Notes under the pieces: generated by a model | The model's input: the letters and a program-made list of their open reading frames with translations, nothing else | Database searches by the model: none | Told to the model about the DNA's origin: nothing | DNA from: Octopus bimaculoides | Taxonomy: Eukaryota | Reading direction: 5' to 3' | DNA: 51,214 nt | Assembly (NCBI RefSeq): GCF_001194135.2 | Contig: NC_068987.1 | Location: forward strand, 83,892,851-83,944,064 | Position numbers and translations under genes: made by a program | Part shown: positions 1 to 12,090 of the stretch, in pieces | Layout: the number at the start of each line of letters is the position of its first letter | Position numbering within the stretch: position 1 is the stretch's first letter

Positions 1-1
1 T

Positions 2-35
<34 letters not shown>

Positions 36-44
36 ATATATATA

Positions 45-194
45 AGATAGATCACTGACCACTACACACATTTTTTTCTCTCCTTGCTTCTTTCTGTGTT
101 CCTTTCTGTGGAAGAGCGTAGGCTCGAAACGTTAAAGAATTTCTCAATTCCCGAGCGTTATACTAATACATCTATTTGTTTTCTAACCACCTGT
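45..194 (+). mobile_element. Short HHR-bearing dispersed repeat (family H1), preceded by (TA)n and interrupted at its 3' end
   Basis: Shares ctttctgt(g/t)gaagagcgtaggctcgaaacgttaaaga...cccgagcgt..actaataca with 37560-37725 and, in reverse, 48055-48200. Confidence 0.75.
102..137 (+). ncRNA. Minimal type I hammerhead-like ribozyme with variant core
   Basis: cuuu-CUGUGGA-A-GAGC(guag)GCUC-GAAAC-GUU^aaag: helix I 4 bp, helix II 4 bp, palindromic ACGU helix III. Core position 6 is U instead of A. Confidence 0.55.
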
Positions 195-554
195 ACACGT
201 CAGGGTACACGTCATTGACAAGTCACAAGAAGGCCGAACCGTGACTGATATTCTTGTGACTCACTACGGAGACCGTGTTATCCTTGTTCCCTTAATTCTT
301 GATTCTTTAGATCTATAAAGAGATTTTCTCTCAGAGAAAACCCAAAACAACATGCTTTTGCGTGGTCTGTGTATATGTTTTGTGAGAAAAACGTATTAAT
401 ATTTATATATGATTAAGATTCAGTTGAATTAGGTACTTAAATTGAGGCAGCAAGCCAGTGCGGTATACTTCGCACAGCTCTAAGAATCTAAATAAGTAAC
501 AAGGATGTTCAGGTATCATTACACTACGGCCGTTTCGAGCGGCTCGGAGTTACA
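192..554. mobile_element. Possible solo LTR or other insertion
   Basis: Begins TGTA and ends TACA, and interrupts H1 exactly at ccacctgt. No target-site duplication (TSD) visible. Confidence 0.3.
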
Positions 555-562
555 TGTATATA

Positions 563-836
563 TTCTTTTATTATTTTCAATCATTTGACTGCGGCCATCC
601 TGGAGCACCGCCTTTAGTCGAACAAATCGACCCCAGGACTTATTCCTTGTAAGCCTAGTACTTATTCTATCAGCTTCTTTTGCCGAACCGCTAAGTTACG
701 GGGACGTAAACACACCAACGTCGGTTGTCAAGCAATGATGGGGGGANNNNNNNNNNACACATACATATACGACGGGCTTCTTTCAGTTTCCGTCTACCAA
801 ATCTACTCACAAGGCTTTGGTCAGCCTGAGGCTGTA
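563..836 (-). mobile_element. SINE family B, head missing
   Basis: Reverse complement of 46081-46445 (gtagacggaaactgaaagaagcccgtcg...ggcggtgctccagcatggccgcagtcaaatga). Confidence 0.85.
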
Positions 837-1026
837 ACACACCGGACAAAATGCTTCGCGCTATTCCGTCTGTCTCTATATTCTGACCTAAAAATGTGCC
901 AAGGTGGACTTTGCCTTTCATCCGTTGGCACTCGATAAAACAAGCACAAGAAGAACACTGAACTCGATCTAATCGACTTGACCCCACCCTTATAATTGCT
1001 AGCCTTGTTCAAAATTTCGAAACCAT
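837..1026 (+). mobile_element. SINE family A, decayed
   Basis: ctttgcctttcatcc...gataaa...gatctaatcgactt motifs match 14411-14640. Confidence 0.7.
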
Positions 1027-1434
1027 TACATACATGTGAGTGCGTGTATGACTGTGCGTGTGTCTCTTTGTGTATATGTTTATGTGCTTCCGTATATATT
1101 ATGTATGCGAGTATGTGGTGTATTTGCGCATGTTTGTGTACATATATTTGATAGGTAACAGTAATAATCGTGCTTGGGATGTTGGTATATGCTTATAGAC
1201 ACAAAGAAAATCACACACAAACACATATATTAATGAAAAGAGCAACGTTGCGTGTTATTATGAACATGACGTTTTCAAAATGGTGGTGGTGGAAAATGGC
1301 AACCATATTATTACACGTCACATGACGTGAAAGATTTTCAACAATGTTCTTTCAAACAGAGGTTTGAGAAAGAATCAACAGAAAATATTTTCATCGGACA
1401 TACACACACTGATGCTGTTAGATAAATACAAACA

Positions 1435-1580
1435 TGCACACACACACGCACACACACACGCACACACACACACGCGCGCGCGCACACACACACACACACA
1501 TACATTCTTATATTCTGACACATACAAAGGTATGTACATAAATACATTCACTAATATTGTTTAATACAAATTCACACACG

Positions 1581-1618
<38 letters not shown>

Positions 1619-2235
1619 AACACACACAAACATACGCACACACAGCACAACACAACACACACACACTCACTTGCTCATACTCTGAAATAGAAACATACGT
1701 TCGTATGTTTACATACATAAATGCAGACAACTGCTTGGAATCCACTGTCATACAAATACATATACATACACACATACATGTATACACACACACACACACT
1801 TATGCCCACACACATGCACACTAATATTGTGAAATATACATTCAAGTACAATCTAAATCGCTGGCACAGAGAAATATACCCTCGTAATTATACACGCTTT
1901 TGCAGTGAAATACGTAAACATCCCTGGACGTATATACACATGTAAACCAACGTTCACATACATTCATACACATCTGCAAATAGTGTAGAATATCTATTCA
2001 GCACACACACACACACATGTGCACGTGCAAATATACATACACATAAGTGCGTGGGTAAATATATATATGCACACACACATGCGCACACATAAACGAATAA
2101 AACATCCTCATGCGTGCTTACACAAAAAACATATACACAGATATGAATACAGAAGCATACACATATAAATACAGATGGATCCCAACCCACACAAACAACC
2201 CCCATACACACACATACATTCATACTTACTCACTC
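1435..2235. repeat. (CA)n/(TACA)n-rich low-complexity tract
   Basis: Runs of cacaca and tacaca read directly. Confidence 0.9.
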
Positions 2236-2803
2236 ACTCACAGCCACACGTATCAACAATCACCGAATCGTAGATTTTATTGATCCTCCATATTTTCCCC
2301 GTTATTTTCCCGTATTTTAGATAAATACTACAGCACAAATACACGCGTTGCTTATCTTTAATATAACATTGTTATATCACCTCATATTTTCCTACCTAGG
2401 GACCAATGACAAATGCTTGATAAACAAGCGATAATTGACAATTCTTCAGGCCATCATCATATTGTGACATAAATTGTCAATTATCTTGTGTTGCCATAGA
2501 AAATATGCATCTTATCGCTAATAACATGATATACTTTATTTTATGTTTCTTTGTTTTACTGGCTCTTAGTCATTGGACTGCGGTCATACAAGGGTATGGC
2601 TGTCTTTAGTGGTTTAGCTGAGATATATTTCATTGCATTTTTGTTCCTGTTTATGTTATTGATCTTGTTATGAAAAGAACTATGCAGCAGATTTTGAAAT
2701 ACAGGCTCTGTGAAAATAGTAATCATAAGCAGATAAACTGAGACGGAAAAAATACTGAATGAAGACCACTGAATCACTCTCACATCTTTCATATTATTCT
2801 GAT

Positions 2804-2986
2804 TAAAGCGACGAGCTGGCAGGATCGATATCACGCCGAGCAGAATGCTTTGCGTCATTTCGTCCGTCTTCAAGTTCTCAAATTTGCCTTTCATTGTTTT
2901 GGAGTCGATAAAGTAAGTACCAGTCGAACATTAGCATCAATGTAACCGACTTAAGCCTCTTTTGTGCCAAAATTTAAAACCGGTAT
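2804..2986 (+). mobile_element. SINE family A, decayed with internal deletion
   Basis: gcgacgagctggcagga head and tttgcctttcat...gtcgataaagtaagtaccag. Confidence 0.7.
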
Positions 2987-3622
2987 TAATTTTCTGATTC
3001 AGGGCATGCCAAATCTTCAATATTAACATCCAAGTTTTTACTTTTAGCCTGATTTTGTAGTATCAATTTGGATTTCGAATCACAGTATCAGTAAAAACGT
3101 CCTACTTTTTCCCATTTCTTCTTCAATCAAAGTCAACTTCAATAGGCTTTGTGATTCTCGCAATCCGCTGCGACCAGGTCATCGACCGAGCAATAAGGCG
3201 CCTTGGCATAGCCTTTTTATACCGTCTATTTGGTGTCGCTGGATCGACGCTGACTTATTTGACGTTTAAATGTTTTTTGTCTTAATGCCTGTTTCTTTAT
3301 TTCCTCCCGCTTTCCCTCTATGTATATAAGTATATTTCCTTTCCCTTTGTGTTTCAGGAGAGGGAATGTGTTGTGATAATCTTGTTCAATTCATATTGTA
3401 ATATATATGTATAATTATACACTCCACTCCTACTTTATCTGTATCCGCTTGTGCCTCCGTCCTCTGTAAATATATGTAAAATAATTGCTTCTCCTTTACC
3501 TATTAAATATAAATTGCTTCTCTGTACTCTGAGTTCAGATTCCGTCTCATAGCATTCTTTCAGAAGTGCAGAAGAATTGAGAGAAGGGTTAACGAATTCT
3601 TCTAAACAATACATGGGTTATG

Positions 3623-3680
<58 letters not shown>
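3623..3680. repeat. (GA)n microsatellite
   Basis: Direct. Confidence 0.95.
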
Positions 3681-3685
<5 letters not shown>

Positions 3686-4250
3686 CCGTAAACTGTAAAT
3701 ATGAATGAAGGCTGTATTGAAAAGGAGTCAATGTCCTGCTTATTTGCATCCCACTGCTTTCGTTGGTGTTTCTTAACTTGCTTGTAGATAAGTTGGTAAA
3801 TAGTTTTATATGCGTACGCTCAATAAACATTTATGTGGAGTCGCTGTGTACCTAAAGCAATTGGTTCTCTTTGCATAGAGTGTAAAATTAACTCGACTAC
3901 TTCCATTGGATATTATCGACTAATTGTATGTGTATTCGACATACTAGTGTAAATTTACATACTTAATCCCAAACAGGCTGTCCCAGTTCTTACATTTGTG
4001 CGTATGTATGTGTTCAGTGTGTGTGTGTGTTTGTTTGTTTCTCATAGTTGACAAAATGATTAACATATTTTAGGGTCAACAGTTGCTTCTGTACTTCATC
4101 TCTGAATGCAGTAGTCGACGTCTAATCAGGCGGTGAAGCAACACTGGTATCAACCCTTTCATCTTGACACCAAAGTATCCCGAGCTAGATCTAATGGTTT
4201 GCTTTATCAGCAGCTTCCACAATTTTCTGACAATTTTCTGGTAACAAATT

Positions 4251-4543
4251 TGGCTTAGTGGTTAGAGCAGCGGACTCGCGGTCGCTGTATCGCAGGTTCG
4301 AATCTCAGACCGAGTGATGTGTGTGTTTATGAGCGAGACATTTGAGCTCCACGCGACTCCGGCAGAAAGTAATGACGAACTTCTGCTGACTCTTCCGCCA
4401 CAATTTCTCTCACTCTTTCCTCCTGCATCTAACAGCTCACCTGCGACGGACCGGCGTCCCGTCCAGGCGGGGAACCTATACACCAACGAAACTGGGAAAC
4501 CAGCCCTTATGAGCCTGGCATGGCTCGAGAAGGAACAAACAAC
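4251..4543 (+). mobile_element. SINE family C (tRNA-derived head)
   Basis: A-box-like tggcttagtggttag, B-box-like ggttcgaatc. Matches the reverse copy at 27001-27304. Contains ctgcgacggaccggcgtcccgtccagg, resembling the V-SINE domain (from memory). Confidence 0.8.
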
Positions 4544-5643
4544 GTATATCTAAGAAGCTGACCAGCCAAGTTTGTATTACAGTTTCGAGGCTGTAGTAAC
4601 ATTTTGAAAAAAAAAAAAGACCATTAAACACTACTTATCACTGCTGACTAGTTTCCAGAAAGCAGTCGGGACGGGAAGACATCTTTAAAATTCGATATGA
4701 AACAAGATTTGTGCTAAACTGGGCAACAGCAGTTGAGAAACTTCTGAAATGCTCTAAACTGTTTATGGGTTAACTTGGAAGAGAACGTTCAAGGACAGTA
4801 AGAGACGTTGAGAGATGGAGGAGGGAGAGGGACATCAGAACATCAGAGCTGGTTGAGAAAATTCGTAATTTATCGTCAAATGTCTATAAAAACAATGAGG
4901 ATATAATTTGGAGTTCGTGTGGCAACTATACTCAGAATTATTCAACTGAATATGAGCAAAATTGTGCAAAGTTTTCTATTTGAGTGCCAAATGACGAACA
5001 GAAGAAAAGACGCATTGGTGACAGCAAAGAGATGACCGGGCTCATTACTCCAGTCCAAGAGTATTGGCGTCTCAGTTATAATACAGAAACCAAGAAACAG
5101 AGTGACAAAAGGAAGCATCCTGTTTTCTCCGGACTCAAGAATACCAGGTAAAGCAGGTTCCACGGGAAGCTCATGACGATTCCCTTTTTTAGCAGCAAGG
5201 ATATCATCTACAAAGAGTACTTTGCAAATGATTAGTGGGAGTTCGAGAGGAGATTTCGTCGCAAAAGATCGGAGCTCTTTCACACGGGTTGGTGGTACCT
5301 GCACCAGGGCAATGCACCAGTCTACACTTTTTATCCTGATAACTGACTCCTTGATAGAAGTGGGCATCAAAACCTGTCCCTCACTCACCTTAAAATCCAG
5401 ATTTGCACCCTGTCAGTTTTGGTTGTTCCCCAAGCTAAAGGAGAATAGAAAAGAGGCTGTGACGAGGGTCTTGGACCCCATCACATAGAAGGACTCCACG
5501 AAATTGCTGGAGAGCTACAGCAAGTGCATTGATGTCAGAGGATCCTACTTTGAAGGTTATTAGAAAGTTGTGCGTCTTTAAAATTAAAAAAAGTTTACAT
5601 TATTTACATTTGACGGATATTTGTTCTCATCTTGTTTATTGCA

Positions 5644-5689
5644 AACACAACATTTCGGCTGATATACCCTCAAGCCTTCATCAGGTGTC
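5644..5689 (-). ncRNA. Minimal type I hammerhead ribozyme
   Basis: GACAC-CUGAUGA-A-GGCU(12 nt)AGCC-GAAAU-GUU^GUGUU: helix I 5 bp with one G.U, helix II 4 bp, zero-loop helix III. Confidence 0.7.
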
Positions 5690-5727
5690 TCGGGGAAATT
5701 TCGAACCTGGATTCTCATTCCTAAGGT

Positions 5728-5748
5728 ATTCTTCTTCTTCTTCTTCTT

Positions 5749-5829
<81 letters not shown>
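5728..5829. repeat. Compound (TTC)n(TTA)n microsatellite inside the chimeric element
   Basis: Direct. Confidence 0.95.
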
Positions 5830-5833
<4 letters not shown>

Positions 5834-7341
5834 TTACTGCCTGGAATCGAACTCGGAATCTTGGGGTTTGTAGCCCGCGCTCTTAACTACTGCGCCATAT
5901 GCCCGTGGGCGTAGTGATTAAAAGCGCAGTGCAAATATCCGTCAAATGTAAATAATGTAAATAATGTACACAACTCCTCATCTCTTAAATATAGAACTGT
6001 AATAAAAGTCTGTTCACAAAAAGTGTCAAAACTTCTGGAATGCACCTTGTATTTTCTGTCTGATGACCTAATAGTGTGTTTCCTTCGTTGCATTTCTATT
6101 TTGATATTTAATGATCATTATTTTATACAGAGAACACTGATGTAACACAATTGTTTTTCGTGAAGATGTCGCTTCTGGGTGATTCACTGCATGCACCTAC
6201 TTATGCAATTTGCACATAGTACTTGGCATGAGTAGAGAGAAAGATGCTTTATGTGTCATATTTACCAGAACAGTCAAATGTAGATCAAATGGCTTCGTAT
6301 GTTTTGTTGACTGACAACAATTGCAATGTGAACAGAAAAAAAAGAGTTGTTGAATTGATATAATTATTGAAACGTCTCTGTGTATNNNNNNNNNNNNNNN
6401 NNNNNNNNNNNNNNNNNNNNNNNNNNNNNNNNNNNNNNNNNNNNNNNNNNNNNNNNNNNNNNNNNNNNNNNNNNNNNNNNNNNNNNNNNNNNNNNNNNNN
6501 NNNNNNNNNNNNNNNNNNNNNNNNNNNNNNNNNNNNNNNNNNNNNNNNNNNNNNNNNNNNNNNNNNNNNNNNNNNNNNNNNNNNNNNNNNNNNNNNNNNN
6601 NNNNNNNNNNNNNNNNNNNNNNNNNNNNNNNNNNNNNNNNNNNNNNNNNNNNNNNNNNNNNNNNNNNNNNNNNNNNNNNATATATATATGTATATACATG
6701 CATACATGGTAGTGCAAGTACATGATAGCCATAAAAGACAGGGAGTTAGTCAACGTAGGCAGATACAACAACTATTAAAATAATTAAGTAAGGTAGAATA
6801 AGAAAGACATAATTAAGAGAAACAAAGAAGAAACGAAGCCACAATTGTTTAGGTGTGCGCGGACACACACAGACACAGACACACACACACACACACGCAC
6901 ACACACACACGCATGCACACAGACACACACACATACACACACGGTGAAGGACTTTCGTAACTATCTAAGAAATCTTAACGATACGAACATTTAGGAATGT
7001 TTGCCTGGTGTGCGGCGAGCGAACGCCTGTCACTGACGAAGCGCAGTATGCTAAAATCAAGTGGTCTAGCTGTTCTGACTCTCTTGCCAGACGGTTCTCG
7101 TCTGCTAACAATATATGTTTATCCTTTTAGTAATCTGCGTCCATATGAGAGTATCTCTCAATGCGACAACGGCTGTATTCAGTGTTTTAATAACATACCC
7201 ACGTTAAATAGATTCTGAAGAATCCGAGTTCAGTAAACAAACCCGAAGGCTATAAATAACGGAGAAGAGCGACACACACATAGACCCTTTTTGGTTACAA
7301 ATTTAGAAATATATATACGAGATTTAAATTATCTATACTGT

Positions 7342-7446
7342 AAAAATGTACCAGTTACACACTGGGGCCGATGTAATCGACTTCATCCCTTTGTCTCTCC
7401 TTGTTTGTCCTCTCTACGTTTAGCCCCCTGTGGGCAATAAAGAAAT
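7342..7446 (+). mobile_element. SINE A 3' fragment (tail 1)
   Basis: gtaccagttacacactggggccgatg...gtgggcaataaagaaata. Confidence 0.85.
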
Positions 7447-7448
7447 AT

Positions 7449-7635
7449 ATGTTTGTCGCTCTCCATCCTTGAAAACTGGTGTCGGTTTGTTTACGTTCCC
7501 GATCATAGTGATTCCGTAAAGCAACCAGATTTAAAGCAATATAAATACTAGTGTTGATTTGCTTTGTTAAAACCCTTCAAGGCAGTGCCCCAGCATGGCC
7601 ACAGTGCAATGACAGAATTACGTAAAACAAACATA
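7449..7635 (+). mobile_element. SINE B-like 3' fragment
   Basis: gtttacgttcc...ttcaaggcagtgccccagcatggccacagt. Confidence 0.65.
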
Positions 7636-8114
7636 AACCCATAATAGCTAACATTCCTTCCAGTGTACTTTAATGCTTGTTGTAGTTTTGTACTTTTAAT
7701 GCTCGTTGTACTTTTTCATCCTCGTTGCTCTATGACTTGATTATTGTGTCTCATGCGGAAGGCATCTCGGAGGAAATTAATTATAAGATCAGTAAAACCG
7801 GTGGGTTGGGTCTTAAGGTATTTTGCTGTGTGATTTCTCTTCCTGAGAAATTCGACGTAAACTGCATGTCAAACATTATTCACCATCTCCGAGCAATTAC
7901 GAAATGAATATCGGAAATGCATCAAAGAGCAGTGCTTTATAGATCTAGAGTGCAAAACCATCAAATATTGGTAAAAAAAGAAATAGGATGTTGTGATATT
8001 CTAAAGAAATTGTGTCAACGAGAATAAAAGGTGTGTCGATGTATCGATTTGTTACATCGTTACACTTCTCTCTCTTTTCTGTATTGTTCAGATATTAATA
8101 ATCTTTAATAAATG

Positions 8115-8324
8115 ATTCTTGCTACTATAGAACTTTAGAGGGAAAAAAGCTAGTTTATAACATTGATTTCAGTTTTCAGCTGGTAGTTATTTTATCAACA
8201 GTGAAAGGCTGAAAGGCAAAGTCGACCCAGGCGGAATTTGAGTTCAGAATGTAAATATGGACGAAATACCGCTAAGCATTTTCTCCAGCGTGTTTAACGT
8301 TTTGGCTAGCTCATCGCCGCCTTA
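8115..8324 (-). mobile_element. SINE family A
   Basis: tgaaaggcaaagtcgacc..gcggaatttgagttcagaa..gacgaaataccgctaagca. Confidence 0.85.
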
Positions 8325-9851
8325 TAGTTGACGTGTATAGTTCAGTGTGGGTCTAGATATCTCAATATTTAGTTTCACTTCTCTTCATTCTGGATTAAAA
8401 TCCTTAAAACAAGTTACCGTATTTCACGATTTCACGTCTTATAATGCAAACGAGCTTATAAAATGCACCGCAGTTTTATCAGGTTGTTGTTTGAACTTAC
8501 ATCTGCCAGCAGTTCAGATTTTATTCACAGATTTATAGGACACACCTTGAGTATGTGAAACATTCTTTTGACAAAAATATGGTTATAGGCAAATATGTTA
8601 ACAGTAATAGCGTTTGAGACACAAGACAACACTCGAGATACGGTATTATATAGAAAATCTACACTAGCATATCCTCAAAGCTCACCAAGGTATGTACAGG
8701 AGAGAGAACCTTCAGGAAATTGTAAGAAAACGTCCTTTGCTATCCAGAACCAGTAATATATAAGGGTAATATTATACTTAGAAAAAGTAAAAGAAATAAA
8801 ATGGAGGTGGTATAAGATATGATAGGATTTCGTATTGCAGGCAAACTTTCACTGACCTCGATGAAAAATAAAATATGAGGTAAATATGAGGTGCTACTCA
8901 GTACCAAAAATATATTATTTAGGTCACCCAAGTTACGGACCGCAAATAGCTATAATAGGCATCTGTGCAGAAGATTTTCACTGGTCGATCTTAGTTAGCC
9001 AAGTTGGATTAGTACAGAGTGGTTAACAAGTATTCACTTGTTCTTTGCTATCTCTATTCCTTTGGAATATATATATATACGAGTGAGGAGTCTAATGTGG
9101 CTCATTCGTATCACTATCGAACCAAGAGTTTAACTACGGTCTGTCCATAGCATTTACTTAGCGTCACCCGCCACTCTTTGGGTCTTCTAGTTAACAATAT
9201 ATNNNNNNNNNNNNNNNNNNNNNNNNNNNNNNNNNNNNNNNNNNNNNNNNNNNNNNNNNNNNNNNNNNNNNNNNNNNNNNNNNNNNNNNNNNNNNNNNNN
9301 NNNNNNNNNNNNNNNNNNNNNNNNNNNNNNNNNNNNNNNNNNNNNNNNNNNNNNNNNNNNNNNNNNNNNNNNNNNNNNNNNNNNNNNNNNNNNNNNNNNN
9401 NNNNNNNNNNNNNNNNNNNNNNNNNNNNNNNNNNNNNNNNNNNNNNNNNNNNNNNNNNNNNNNNNNNNNNNNNNNNNNNNNNNNNNNNNNNNNNNNNNNN
9501 NNNNNNNNNNNNNNNNNNNNNNNNNNNNNNNNNNNNNNNNNNNNNNNNNNNNNNNNNNNNNNNNNNNNNNNNNNNNNNNNNNNNNNNNNNNNNNNNNNNN
9601 NNNNNNNNNNNNNNNNNNNNNNNNNNNNNNNNNNNNNNNNNNNNNNNNNNNNNNNNNNNNNNNNNNNNNNNNNNNNNNNNNNNNNNNNNNNNNNNNNNNN
9701 NNNNNNNNNNNNNNNNNNNNNNNNNNNNNNNNNNNNNNNNNNNNNNNNNNNNNNNNNNNNNNNNNNNNNNNNNNNNNNNNNNNNNNNNNNNNNNNNNNNN
9801 NNNNNNNNNNNNNNNNNNNNNNNNNNNNNNNNNNNNNNNNNNNNNNNNNNN

Positions 9852-9908
<57 letters not shown>

Positions 9909-11044
9909 AGAACCGATTCCAGCACAGGTTCTTTATCGAACCTAACCGAAGAGGTATTTGAACTCCGATTACAGAGAACCGGAATGAATACCACAAGACA
10001 ATTTAGTTGGTCAATTTACTGAGCGAATCGCAACGAATCGTTCCCAGACGATATTTTCCAATCATTTACATTAAATTTCGACTATCGCTTTATAATTTCA
10101 TACACATCTGGCCCTGGTTTTCCGTCTATATACGAATTAAGAGGCCATATCTTTGCCCAACAGTAAATCGGATGTGTCATACGAGTTACTACATACAGTT
10201 TTTACGGATTAAAAATATTTTAAAGTAATATTATAATATCAGAAAAGTAAGGGAAATTGCAGTCTCTGAAAGCAGCTTTTCCCAACAGCTGTTCCCCGGA
10301 AACGCAATATTGAAAAGATATCATAAAACAATACGTGTTTATGTCTGTTACTTTTATACACACACACATATAAGCAAATATAACGTCCAAAGTATTACAC
10401 AACTATGTATGTGTATTTTTGCAAATATTTGTCTGCTGTCAGTATGTGTGTGTGTATGTGTGTGTTTGTGCGTGTGTGTGTGCATATAAACATAGACACA
10501 CATTTTCTATGGTTCTGTACACAACTTAATGCACGCCTTCTTTTCTATATAATTTTAAGCGGCTTCAATAACAATGTGCTCAGACTAATTCATACAACAT
10601 GGCCGAAGCATTTCCGCTCCAACTTATAAAATTTAATTTATTTAGTAGCACTCAGAGAGAAAGAACTATAAAAATACACAACAAACGGAACAAATAACGA
10701 ATAAATAAAATTAAATACATTGACTTCTTAGAACCGAAAGATACAAAGCTGTTTAATAAAAGAGAACACTTGAATATATCAGATAATAAAAAAATATAAT
10801 GGTAACATGGAGCGAAGATAATGAAAAACACACATCTTCCAAGTTTGATTGCGTACAAAGACAGAATAAGGTTGAGAGGGAAAGAAAGAACATTCCAAAG
10901 GAGTGCATATGTTCTCCATTCCATGTCCACCGTGGCTGCTGTCTCTACTGTAACTTAGATTTGTTTGGGTAGGTTATCTAATTCTTATTATCATTGAAAC
11001 AAATTTAGGGTGAAGTGTTCTTAAAAAGTACATGCGAAATTTTC

Positions 11045-11045
<1 letters not shown>

Positions 11046-11089
<44 letters not shown>

Positions 11090-11150
11090 CAACAGCAGCA
11101 GCAACAGCAGCAGCTACAGTAGTAGTAATAGTAGTAGTAGTAGTTGTAGC
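11046..11150. repeat. Compound (GTA)n/(GCA)n microsatellite
   Basis: Direct. Confidence 0.9.
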
Positions 11151-11155
11151 AGTGA

Positions 11156-11268
11156 TTTCAAATTTTGGCACAAGGCCAGCAATTTCGGGGTCGGGATAAG
11201 TCGATTACACTGGCCTCAGTGCTCAGCTGGTACTTATTTTATCGACCCGAAAAGATGAAAGATAGATT
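11156..11268 (-). mobile_element. SINE A 3' fragment (tail 2)
   Basis: ttttggcacaaggccagcaattt...ggtacttattttatcgacccgaaaagatgaaag. Confidence 0.8.
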
Positions 11269-11269
11269 T

Positions 11270-12090
11270 TGGGTCGGAGGCTAGTTCCACCTCATAATAC
11301 TTTGGTTCTGGTTTATAAGTTATGGTTTCTTCTTCAGTGGAGAGGATTCTTTCTTGGTAGAATACGTACCTAACCTCGCATTTTTATAACTTTGCAAAAT
11401 TTCTTCTGTTTGGCTTTCTATTTTAAGGTTGCCTCTTTATCCCCATCGTCCTCTGTCTGATCTCAACTCTTATAAGTTTATAGGACATTACTGTTACCAG
11501 GAGTTAATCCTTGCTCGTTTACAACAAGCTGTTCTTGTGGTTGTGGGTAACTCTCTTTGTCTTCACTGATTGTAGTTAGGAGAGGAAGCTTTTTGGTTTC
11601 ATGGCTTGCATCTAGTAATAAGGATGGGCCAGTTTCATTTATCGATCCACGAATTCTGCTTGGCGTTGTTCTAGAACCGATAACCTCTGCAATTTATTGA
11701 TTTTACTCTTTAAGACTTTCTGTGTAGAACGCTTTTAAATGGTACATACGGTCACGTTTGTAGCAAGTGGTTCGTCTGAATTAAACCTGTTCCGCTCAGC
11801 GCCTTCTGCAGGCAGGACACAGTTCTGATAGTGTCTTATGGTTTTACGCTAGTTATGAGGACTGTATGCACAAGGTAATCCCAACCAAACACATACCAAC
11901 CAATGGTACATCTGTCAATATTGTGTCACAAAATCACTATTAGCCAAGTGGTAACATTATCACCAATGTCTCTGAAAATGGCGTTTGGGTTCTTCCTACT
12001 CAAATATTTCAGAACCACGTTATGGGCGAGTGCACCACGTATTATGTGAACTTGCGTTTTTGCCTGCTCGTCTGTTTAAGGGATAATACT
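11270..12090 (-). pseudogene. Decayed ORF1-like (zinc-knuckle) segment of a non-LTR retrotransposon, distal half
   Basis: Minus frames give VVLKYLSRKNPNAIFRDIGDNVTTWLIVIL and RRTTCYKRDRMYHLKAFY (degenerate CX2CX4HX4C at about 11724-11765), then an E/K/Q-rich tail. Many stops and frameshifts. Confidence 0.45.

Larger units (their letters stand above)
5595..6000 (-). mobile_element. Chimeric short element: tRNA-like head, (AAT)n(AAG)n, HHR tail, plus an inverted partial copy
   Basis: Minus strand reads tggcgcagtagttaag (A box), gagttcgattcc (B box), microsatellite, then HHR at 5689-5644. A perfect 29-bp inverted repeat links 5595-5623 and 5932-5960. Confidence 0.8.
4620..6051 (+). mobile_element. 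Decayed mariner (Tc1/mariner) transposon with nested insertion at 5595-6000
   Basis: Broken frames give CAKLG..ETSEML.TVYG, WWYLHQGNAPVYT (HQDNAP motif), FAPCQFWLFPKLK (SPDLAPCDF motif) and KCIDVRGSYFEGY* (to 5563). TIR-like end ggaatgcaccttgTA at 6051. Left TIR not located. Confidence 0.85.

Noticed and set aside
520-550. Minus-strand GAAAC-GGCC-GUA, like an HHR 3' half
   Set aside because: No CUGANGA and no helix I partner upstream.
2556-2894. 112-aa ORF with a transmembrane-like stretch
   Set aside because: Its first third is antisense SINE A and its end overlaps a SINE B-like tail; no splice or homology support.
3565-3605. 9-bp stem agaagaatt/aattcttct near a CAGAAGA motif
   Set aside because: No intact ribozyme core; low-complexity purine pairing.
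4251-4310. tRNA-like sequences here and at 5830-5897, 27230-27300, 42795-42855 and 46081-46150
   Set aside because: A/B boxes are present but there is no complete cloverleaf, and each continues into a SINE body; not tRNA genes.
7025-7065. CUGACGA-AGC..GCU-AAAA hammerhead-like string
   Set aside because: GAAA and the cleavage triplet are missing; too decayed to call.
8540-9000. Plus-strand fragments (HLEYVKH...) resembling another ORF1 relic
   Set aside because: Frequent stops and no diagnostic motif.
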